Positions 1-9,004 of a DNA stretch of 31,754 nt are shown here, in pieces. The stretch's first letter is position 1. Every line of letters starts with the position of its first letter. The translations under genes were made by a program, and so were the position numbers. Below the pieces are notes generated by a model. It was not told the origin of the DNA. It worked only from the letters and a program-made list of their open reading frames with translations, and ran no database searches. Source of the DNA: Octopus sinensis (taxonomy: Eukaryota); assembly GCF_006345805.1 (NCBI RefSeq), contig NW_021833364.1:1-31754 (forward strand). The letters run 5' to 3'.

Positions 1-44
1 TCGGAAGAAATGGAAGCAAATTTGAAAGAGAAGAAAAAAAAAGT
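1..44 (+). mobile_element. 3' terminus of R4/Dong-like LINE (family A), followed by (AAT)n
   Basis: tcggaagaaatggaagcaaatttgaaagagaagaaaaaaaaag matches the 3' end of the family A copy at about 2771-2813; both run directly into (AAT)n. Confidence 0.75.
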
Positions 45-103
45 AATATAATAATATATAATAATAATAATAATAATAATTAATAATAATAATAATCATA
101 ATT

Positions 104-1241
104 CAAGAACAGAGGAAGAAGAAAAAAAGAGCCGACAGAAAGAAATGGAATTAGGTGAACAAATCAAGCAACAAATAAATGATGTTGGAAGTAAAGAACG
201 CTGGTTATTGCTGACGAGTAGAGACCTGGAACGACAGACTAAAGCTCTAATTACAGCCGCTCATGCACAAGCTAATACGACGAATCTAATAAAGGCAAAG
301 ATTAACAAACCCAGACAGCAAATATAGAATCTGTTGTAAAAGAGACGAAAGTATTAATGATCGCTTCAGAGAATGCAGTAAGCTAACACAAAAAGAGTAT
401 AAGTATAAGAGTAGGCATGACTGTTTACCTAAAAGAGAGCATCGGGATATTAGCCAAGTGTGTGTCAGAAAATAAGTTATCAGACTTTACTCTCTCTGTT
501 ACTCTTTTACTTGTTTCAGTCATTTGACTGCGGCCCTGATGGAGCACCACATTTAGTCGAGCAAATCGATCCCAGGACTTATTCTTTATAAGCCTAGTAC
601 TTACTCTCTCGGTCTCTTTTTGCCGAACCGCTAAGTTACGGGACGTAAACACACCACCATCAGTTGTCAAGCGATGTTGGAGGACACACACAAACATATA
701 CGCACACATACATATACACATATATACGACGGGCTTCTTTCAGTTTCCGTCTACCAAATCCACTCACAAGGATTTGGTCGGCCCGAGGCTATAGTAGAAG
801 ACACTTGACCAAGCTGCCACGCAGTGGGACTGAACCCGGAACCATGTGGCTGGTAAACAAGCTACTTACCGCACAGCCACTCCTGCGCCTTTACTTATCA
901 TACTTCTGCATTAAAACTGTCCATACTACTAAAGCAAGAAGGTCAGTTTCGATCATAGAGAACAAAATAAACTAACAGTGTAAGATCATATAGTTTTGCA
1001 ATACCATATGATAACCGAGGGAAAATCAAATAAATTGAAAGATTTGAGGATTATCAGGGCCTAGCTAAAGAGTTGAGAGTGTGATGGAAAGCCAAGACTG
1101 CATTTATTCCTGCGGTAATTGATGTACTTAACACAGCATTTAAATGCAAAAGGAGACTGGAAGAAACTGGAATTGAGACTTGTATTATCCACCTGCAGAT
1201 ATACGACATCCTGCTAATTAAATTAGCATTTAATAGCTTTG
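104..1241 (+). mobile_element. Decayed 5'-truncated R4/Dong-like LINE (family D), interrupted by SINE S1 at 487-890
   Basis: Piecewise translation gives WLLLTSRDLERQTKALITAAHAQANTTNLIKAKI, a decayed zinc knuckle (RICCKRDESI..ECSKLTQKEYK..RHD) and RLE-type C-terminal motifs (FAIPYDNR..DYQGLAKELRV.WKAKTAFIPAVI). (AAT)n lies on both sides. Confidence 0.8.
487..890 (-). mobile_element. tRNA-derived SINE, family S1 (full length)
   Basis: Minus-strand head aggcgcaggagtggctgtgcggtaag...ggttccgggttcagtccc (A/B-box-like), internal (TG/TA)n tract, tail cagtcaaatgactgaaacaagtaaaagag. Homologous to copies at 7799, 14167, 16088 and 17924. Confidence 0.9.
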
Positions 1242-1253
1242 TAATAATAATAA

Positions 1254-1298
<45 letters not shown>

Positions 1299-1334
1299 TG
1301 ATAATAACAACAACAACAACAATAATAATAATAA

Positions 1335-1420
<86 letters not shown>

Positions 1421-1504
1421 TTGTGATGCATGTGCTAGTGTATCCTTATCAGACGGGTAGTCATGATGGATGTACTGGGCTCGTATATTAGTAATAATAA
1501 TAAC

Positions 1505-1566
<62 letters not shown>

Positions 1567-1659
1567 TGATGATGATGATGATAATAATAAAAAATAATAA
1601 TATAATAATAATAATAATAATATAATGATGATGATGATGATGATGATAATAATAAATAA

Positions 1660-1700
<41 letters not shown>

Positions 1701-1746
1701 TAATAATAATAATAATATAATAATAATAAAATAATAATAATAATGA
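1242..1746. repeat. (AAT)n microsatellite blocks (1242-1420, 1490-1746) with AAC/GAT interruptions
   Basis: Directly visible. Confidence 0.97.
1421..1489 (+). mobile_element. Short fragment of the LINE family B 3' region embedded in (AAT)n
   Basis: ttgtgatgcatgtgctagtgtatccttatcagacgggtagtcatgatgg...tcgtatatt matches about 3168-3240. Confidence 0.8.
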
Positions 1747-2813
1747 TGGCAATGAAAAAAGCGCACGAGCAATTGGCTGATAGGGGAGGAGAAAAAAAAC
1801 CTCTGCACGGCAAAAATATGTGACCCGCAGCAAACAAGCTGATGTGACCAGAAGCAAACCCATCAGTGGCTGCGGAGCTCAGGGCTAAAAGCAGAGAGTG
1901 AAGGTTTCATCCTGGCTGCTCAAGACCAAAGCCTATTAACCCGGAACTACCAGGCCAATGTGATGAAATTATACTCACTGGTGCTAAGACTTTACATCCA
2001 GAGATTAGGTGGTCCACTTTTCAATCATGTCGTTGCAGAATCGGCATTTGGGTCTGCTCCATTAGCAGACCCAAAATGACGATTCTGCAACGACATGATT
2101 GAAACAGTGGACCACCTAATCTCTGGATTGTAAAGTCTAGCACCAGTGGAGTATAAATTAAGACATGACAGATGGCCAATATCTCCAACTGGCTAATAAG
2201 TCGGCATTACAATATCAGAACTGCCGACAAGTGGTATAATCACCACCCTGGAGGGCTGTAACTGAAGGAGAAAAGTAACCATTATGTGGGACTTCCAGTA
2301 CATACAGACCGAACCATCAAGGCCAATAAACCAGATATTGTTGTGAAAGACCAAAACAATAAAGTTTGCTTATTGATCGACATGAGCATCCCCTGTGATC
2401 ATAATATCTCAGCGAAAGAGTTTGACAGCTCAGAAAATATAAAGACCTACTCATTGAAATTGAGAAAATGTGGCATCTCAAGGCGGTTTACAATACCAGT
2501 GATCGTAGGAGCACTAGGAATGATCAAGAAGGGAACCGAAAATTATATGAGAATGATCCCTGGCTTACATCCCTGCAAGAAGTGCCAAAAGGTGTCTTAA
2601 CTGGTAATCACACGTATTGAGAAGAGCATTGTCGATGTGAGAACTGTTGCTGCTCAGTATTTAATTAACTTAAAAAAAAAAAATTTTTTAATGAACGATC
2701 TATTGAGTTTGGTTTAATGGCCTACCAATATACACTATGAGTTTCTTTGCTCTAGGAGTCGGGAAGACACTCGGCAAGAAATGGAAGAAAATTTGAGAGA
2801 AGAAAAAAAAAAG
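1747..2813 (+). mobile_element. 5'-truncated R4/Dong-like LINE (family A): C-terminal ORF, 3'UTR and (AAT)n tail
   Basis: After correcting small indels: KPLHGKY..HQWLRSSGLKAESEGFILAAQDQSLLTRNYQA..ADPKCRFC..ETVDHLISGC..LAPVEYKLRHD..WDFPVHTDRTIKANKPDIVVKD...CLLIDMSIPCD..KYKDLLIEIEKMWHLK..TIPVIVGALG. This is a CCHC knuckle plus PD-(D/E)xK RLE domain; stop near 2640. Confidence 0.92.
1969..2156. repeat. Fold-back inverted duplication inside the family A LINE (arms 1969-2058 and 2064-2156, loop ccatt)
   Basis: ttatactcactggtgc...tttgggtctgct is the reverse complement of agcagaccc...gcaccagtggagtataa, apart from a few 1-nt differences. Confidence 0.95.
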
Positions 2814-2843
<30 letters not shown>

Positions 2844-2845
<2 letters not shown>

Positions 2846-3282
2846 GGCTCCATGAAAGGGTAGCACTACATCTAGATGAGTGGCTTAAAGGGAAAGATAT
2901 TGTTATGCACCAAGGATTCTCAGGATCTCTGATCACAAGCAGAAGTTGGGGAGCATCATGGCCATTTGTTGAGAGGAATTCTTTGGGGTTTGAATGATTC
3001 GCCTTTGAAAACATGGGTGTTTCGTTCAACATCCTTAAACAACCCTTATTCAGGGACCTTTCGAGCGGGATGGGTTACTGGACCAGAAGAAAATTCTAAC
3101 TGGGCCCCACCTGCAAGGTCATGCGCTGTTTATCTTTATATGAGATCACCATGTTGCGCACATATGGTTGTGATGCATGTGCCTAGTGTACCCTTAGCAG
3201 ACGGGTAGTCATGATGGGTATACTGGGCTTCGTATATTTGTACCCCAGTGTCACTTTGATGGCATGCACTGCACTCTCACTC
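2844..3282 (+). mobile_element. 3' region of a second (AAT)-tailed retroelement (family B, probably an R4/Dong-group 3'UTR)
   Basis: Sits between two (AAT)n blocks, ends ...ggcatgcactgcactctcactc-(AAT)n, and has a second partial copy at 1421-1489. No coding motif is present, so the clade is inferred. Confidence 0.6.
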
Positions 3283-3300
3283 AATAATAATAATAATAAC

Positions 3301-3338
<38 letters not shown>

Positions 3339-3368
3339 CAACAACAACAACAACAACAACAATAATAC

Positions 3369-3432
<64 letters not shown>

Positions 3433-3616
3433 AAGAAGAATTTTAATATCAACATGAATTTCTAACTTATCTTTTGAGGTATCTGGGTGAGACTTGGAGC
3501 CAACTTGTACAAATACAAAGAAAAAGTCACATATAATAATAATAATAATAAATAATAATAATAATAATAATAATAATATAATAATATAATAATATAATAA
3601 TATAATAATGATGATG

Positions 3617-3668
<52 letters not shown>

Positions 3669-3760
3669 CAACAACACATCAACAACAACAACAACACGAA
3701 TGATAGTGATGGTGATGATAGAAATAATGATAATAATAATAATAATAATAATAATGATAA
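3283..3760. repeat. Compound microsatellite: (AAT)n-(AAC)n-(AAT)n-(AAG)n at 3283-3440 and (AAT)n/(AAC)n/(GAT)n at 3532-3760
   Basis: Directly visible. Confidence 0.95.
3441..3531 (+). mobile_element. Probable 3' terminus of a third (AAT)-tailed LINE (family C)
   Basis: About 90 bp non-repetitive island (gaggtatctgggtgagacttggagccaacttgtacaaatacaaagaaaaagtc) ending in (AAT)n, laid out like the family A terminus. Confidence 0.45.
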
Positions 3761-4175
3761 ATGTAAACAAAACACAATAACGGAAATGGAAGTAGAGTTG
3801 TTGAAAGTGAAAGTGAAACTAGAAAGGGCGAGATTAAACCAACAAAAACAAACATTGCTAACGTTTTATAATACATACTTAGAGCGGGCAACCGTTTTCC
3901 TTCTATATATCTAATCGTTCGTCATTGTAATGTTTCTTCGCACTTAACTACGACTGTCTATAAATACTGGGTTCTAAAAACGGTGTAAATCGGTGAGAGA
4001 ATCATAAATCTTGAAGCAAGCAAGTGGTCTAATACGTTAATGATCCGTCTGGAGACAGGCTTGCTTAATCGATAATCAATACGTGTTCAGATAGAAGTTA
4101 ATTTGCGCTGCGCTAGAAGGTCGTTACGAATAACGGCTAGTCGTCAATGAGTGGAGTGAGAAGACGAGAAAAGAA

Positions 4176-4176
<1 letters not shown>

Positions 4177-4229
<53 letters not shown>

Positions 4230-4259
4230 GTGTGTGTGTGTTAATATATATATAGAATA

Positions 4260-4296
<37 letters not shown>

Positions 4297-4486
4297 GCAC
4301 TGAGATACACGTGCACGTGTGAATGATCTCAACACGCGCTACAGGAGTAGGAACGGAGGGAGGAGTGAAGGTGTTCCTGTATATATATGTGTGTGTGGTG
4401 TGTTTGTGTGTGTCTGTGTATTGCATAGTGTGTGTGTGCGCGCATATATTTATATTTATATGTATATTCATCTATCTGTATAAATT

Positions 4487-4542
<56 letters not shown>

Positions 4543-4632
4543 GAGAGAGAGTCCATATATATGTAGGTGTATGCGCATACAAATATAACACATGCATGTG
4601 TATATGTGTATAAGTGTGCATATATGTATATG

Positions 4633-4686
<54 letters not shown>

Positions 4687-4715
4687 ATATATTGTATATA
4701 TATATATATATTTAT

Positions 4716-4757
<42 letters not shown>

Positions 4758-4799
4758 TGTAAATAGATATATATATATATATATATATATATAGTATTA

Positions 4800-4847
<48 letters not shown>

Positions 4848-5158
4848 ATATATATATACGTATATTATATATATAAACACATATATAGATAAATAGATGC
4901 ATGCATACATACATATATGCAAGTATTTATGGTAGATATTTTATGCGGATGTGTAGGTGCGCATTCATGTAGCATGATTCCCTACACATGTATGTTTAGT
5001 TATAAAACTACGTAATAGACGCCCAACTCATACGCACGCATACGCGCACATACACACACTCATTTATGCACGTATATAATATAGTAGAAAGTGGGGTTGG
5101 GATAAAGTTGTACCATGACCCGCGGAATAATAAAGGCTTCCCTTAACAACCCCCCCTC

Positions 5159-5203
<45 letters not shown>

Positions 5204-5208
5204 CATAC

Positions 5209-5253
<45 letters not shown>

Positions 5254-5273
5254 ATATATATATTATATATATA

Positions 5274-5305
<32 letters not shown>

Positions 5306-5585
5306 CCGGGTGCATTGTATATGTATGTGTATATACAATATACAATCATATTCATTAGCATGTTTATTTTCATATAGATATATATATAATTATATAAATA
5401 TATGCATAAATATACATAAAATGTATATGCATATATATATACATTTATATATAACATACATAAATACATGCATGCATACATATGTATAGATGTATATATA
5501 TATTATATGTGTGTGTATATATATATATTATGTGTGTATATATATATATATGATATATATATATATATATATATATATGATATAT

Positions 5586-5631
<46 letters not shown>

Positions 5632-5640
5632 AGTATATAT
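4177..5640. repeat. Long (AT)n/(ATGT)n/(GT)n low-complexity region with short unique islands
   Basis: Directly visible. Confidence 0.95.
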
Positions 5641-6017
5641 ACACATTATGACTACATCCCCTTATGATATTATAAGTGTAATACAGAGTACAGAAGTCGA
5701 TATGATTAAGCCCTGGATGTTATGACCCAATACGTGCATGCATGTAGCACATTAAAATACATAGAACGAAGCACGGAAAATAATGTGTAGTAAAATCCTG
5801 TTTTTTAAGCTAGTAAACCTCTAGTTCTGTACGGACCAAATTATGCATAAACCGTTAAGTGTAGCAGATTCCATCCGTGTTCTGCGTAATATTTAATCAA
5901 CTCGAGCCATTAGAAGCTGCAAAAATAACGACCTTACAAGGATTAATGCAAACTTACAGTTGGGGTTATTCCATGTAAAGCTTTGATTTTACTATAAGCG
6001 TATGACTTTTATCGCTG

Positions 6018-6051
6018 CTGATGAGATTGAATTAGCAATCGAAACAGCGTC
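6018..6051 (+). ncRNA. Hammerhead-ribozyme-like core (minimal Penelope type), stem I not evident
   Basis: CTGATGA-GATTG-aattag-CAATC-GAAA-C-agc-G-TC: intact core, perfect 5-bp stem II with the G-C closing pair, and a GUC triplet. Confidence 0.55.
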
Positions 6052-6169
6052 ATGCCTTTGAGAAGCTGATATGTATGAACATATTTCTATTCGCCTTTTC
6101 CAATGTATTTTGCGCGTATATTTCTATTTCTGCATGTACATTATTTATGTATATATGTATTTGTTTTCT

Positions 6170-6335
6170 TTTATCCTTTACCTGTTCCAGTCATTAGACT
6201 ACGGCCATGGTGGGGTACCACCTTGCAAAATTTTGACCGAAAAAATCGGCCCCAGTACATCTTTTTTAACCCGGATCATATCTTATTGCTCTCTTTTGCC
6301 TAACCATTAGGTCACTGGGCGGTAAATACACAATA
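6170..6335 (-). mobile_element. Diverged 3' half of SINE S1
   Basis: cagtcattagactacggccatggtggggtaccacc...ctcttttgcctaaccattaggtcac aligns by eye with 516-650. Confidence 0.7.
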
Positions 6336-6409
6336 TCATATACACACACACCGACACGACACACACGCATATATATATATATTTATATATATATATATAT
6401 GTGTGTTTG

Positions 6410-6456
<47 letters not shown>

Positions 6457-6465
6457 GTATATAGT

Positions 6466-7190
6466 AGTTTGTAGTCTTCGAATTCCCTTTCTCCTTTCTG
6501 GTTTTGAGAAGCTTAATTTTTCAAGACTGATAATGAGGCAGTGTGTTACATATCTCAGAGCCCCAATAATTACAGGTACAAATCTGAACTTGTAACCTGG
6601 ATAGAGTAACTGCAGATTTCTCACTAGTTCAGCACAGGTGTTCTCTTTTTCACTAATCTTCAGCTTTATGTTAACATCCACTGGACAGCTAATTTCCATA
6701 ACTGTGCACAGTTTCTCTCTTCTATCCCAAATCATTATATCAGGTCTGTTGTGCTTACATTTTATTAAGGTCTTCATTAGTACATTCCTCCAGGACTTCT
6801 TTTTATTATAAGTGATTATGGTTTCCACCATATTGTGGGTTCTTATTTATTTGTCGTCGAGATTATCCTTCCGACGGATTCCATTATAGAGTGTCCTAGC
6901 TACAATATCATGGCTCTTCAGCAGATAATATCGAGATGATATTGTGGGACAACTGCTTATGATGTGTAACATCTTCGCTGTTAACTCCACATAGTCTACG
7001 TCGGTTGTCACATTTTGCTGCTTTTTCTGCATCTCTGACCCTTTTGTGGTTAGTATTTCCTGTTCCTGGATTGCAAAGGCATACCCTTCAAAGTGGCAGG
7101 TAGTTATCCGGTTATTCGTATATGATAAGCTGCTTTGATGATGATTTGCAAATGTTTGTGTTCACATAAGCTTATTCCCTTCATCAAATA
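6466..7190 (-). mobile_element. R4/Dong-like LINE fragment (family E): knuckle plus RLE domain
   Basis: HFEGYAFAIQEQEI..RLCGVNSEDVTHIISSCPTISSRYYLLKSHDIVARTLY..KCKHNRPDIMIWDRREKLCTVMEISCPVD..KENTCAELVRNLQLLYPGYKFRFVPVIIGAL. Homologous to 24684-24942; ends against a (TACA)/(CA) tract. Confidence 0.9.
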
Positions 7191-7198
7191 GACATTAC

Positions 7199-7352
7199 CT
7201 GTACAGGTTCACCGTGTGCCACATGTCAGATGACGAAATTATCGCAGAGCAACGGGAAATGAAGTGCTTTGCTCAAGAACACAACACAACTCCCGATCTG
7301 GGAATTGAACCCACGAAATCTTGAGCCCAACCCTAAACACCAAACCACGCGC
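7199..7352 (-). mobile_element. Diverged 5' part of an S3-related tRNA SINE
   Basis: Minus strand gcgcgtggtttggtgtttaggg...gggttcaattccc...gtgttcttgagcaaagcacttcatttcccgttgctc resembles the head of 30989-31307. Confidence 0.65.
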
Positions 7353-7374
7353 TAATATACATGTATATATATAT

Positions 7375-7406
<32 letters not shown>

Positions 7407-7752
7407 ATTATATATATATATATAATGTATATATTTGATCGTTGATGATCTGTTTCTAGCATACGGCCGACTTCCTAGCAGTCAAGCCCTGCCAATATAC
7501 ATATATTAGAATTTTCTCTCTGACTTCTCAGATTTTTGTATGCTAGACTACTGGTTTTTAAATTGATATTAAAATTAATATTAATTTATCTCCCTCATTA
7601 TTTAAATATTGAAATGAATACGTTCTCTAGTAGTAAGCACTAACCGCAGTGAATTATTTACTGCAGCCCTTTCTTTTGACGTCCTCTACCCATATATGCA
7701 TGTATATATACATGTATATGTAGGCATGTACATGTATGTGTATACATCTATT

Positions 7753-7798
<46 letters not shown>

Positions 7799-7801
<3 letters not shown>

Positions 7802-8190
7802 CGCAGGTGTGACTGTGTGGTGGGAACCTTGCTTCCTAACCACATGGTTCCAGGTTCAGTCCCATTGTGTAGCACCTTGGGCGAGTGTCTTCTACTATAG
7901 CCTCGGGCCGACCAAAGCCTTGTGAGTGGATTTGGTAGACGGAAACTGAAAGAAGCGTGTCATATTTGTGTGTATGTGTGTGCGCGCGCGCGTTTGTTTG
8001 TGTTTGTCACTCCCACCATCACTTGATAACCGATCTTGGTGTGTTCACGTCCCCGTAACTTACTTAGCAGTTCGACAAAAGAAACCGATAAAATAAGTAC
8101 TAGGCTTACGAAAAATAAGTCCTGGGGTCAATTTGTTCAACTAAAGGTGGTGCTCCAGCATCGCCGCAGTCAAATGACTGAAACAAAAAA
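7799..8190 (+). mobile_element. SINE S1 (full length) inserted in (TA)n
   Basis: Head aggcgcaggtgtgactgtgtgg, body accttgggcgagtgtcttctactatagcc, tail cagtcaaatgactgaaac. Confidence 0.9.
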
Positions 8191-8327
8191 TATATATATC
8201 ATATATATATATCTATTACATATATATTATATATATATATGTAATTTATATATATATATAATTGATATATAATATAGATGTAGATGTAGGCATATATATA
8301 TAAGCAATGACAACAGATGGCTTGTGG

Positions 8328-8387
8328 CTCACTACAGCTGTTTCGGACGTTTTACATCAGGCAGGAAAACCGTTTTCATCAAGTGAG
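8328..8387 (-). ncRNA. Decayed type-I hammerhead-like relic (Penelope-like)
   Basis: Minus strand: CTCAC-TTGATGA-aaacggtttt..aaaacGTCC-GAAA-CAGCTG-TA-GTGAG. Stem I CTCAC/GTGAG is perfect and stem III is palindromic, but the core has C>T and the stem II base has apparent G>A changes. Confidence 0.5.
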
Positions 8388-8647
8388 TACGGGTAAGAAT
8401 TGACAGTTAGAACACCTCAAGAACAAATACATAGTGCGTCGCAGATGTGTAGTTGTTCTTGACTCAAATTCGATCAGAGATGACTCGCTGAAAAAAGTCG
8501 TTGTGTATTTAGTCAGTCACTTAACTTGAGAACAAATCCGTGTTTACCTTAGCGAGTACGTGTTTGTCGTTCTACATTGTTTGTACACAGTGACGCTATC
8601 ACCGACCCTACATTAGTGCTTGAATCCTGTAATTTTTTTTATATATT

Positions 8648-8648
<1 letters not shown>

Positions 8649-8696
<48 letters not shown>

Positions 8697-8902
8697 TTTC
8701 TTTTTATTTTTTATTTTATTTATTTATTTATTTATTTATTTATTTTTTTGTTCTTTTCTTCCCTTTTACGATCCCTCTTGATCGAAAACCTACGCCATCC
8801 CTTTTTCTCTTTTGTTTTTTGTTTTTTTCATCCCCCCAAAAGAAAAGCTCTACCTTGTAACTTGTCCCATCTGTGTGCAGCCCTGTGTGGCCATAAAGAA
8901 AC

Positions 8903-8934
<32 letters not shown>

Positions 8935-8952
8935 ATATCTATCTATCTATCA

Positions 8953-8983
<31 letters not shown>

Positions 8984-9004
8984 TATCTATCTTATCTATC
9001 TATC
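8649..9004 (+). mobile_element. 5'-truncated Tx1-like LINE 3' end (about 8695-8902) flanked on both sides by (ATCT)n
   Basis: cttttacgatccctcttgatcgaaaacc...aaaagaaaagctctaccttgtaacttgtcccatctgtgtgcagccctgtgtggccataaagaaac is homologous to 11310-11427 and to 27009-27150 (reverse strand). (ATCT)n at 8649-8694 and 8904-9004. Confidence 0.88.

Noticed and set aside
1054-1863. Poly-Ile/Tyr/Leu/Asn ORFs (also 3183-3891, 20226-20797, 21560-22083)
   Set aside because: Translations of (AAT)n/(ATT)n, which lack stops in some frames.
4144-5630. YIYIYI- and MYVC-type ORFs (also 15245-15575, 20423-21216, 23238-23915, 24514-24717)
   Set aside because: Translations of (AT)n and (ATAC)n microsatellites.
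5860-5960. Minus-strand acceptor (ttatttttgcAG) as a coding exon
   Set aside because: All three downstream frames stop within 8 codons.
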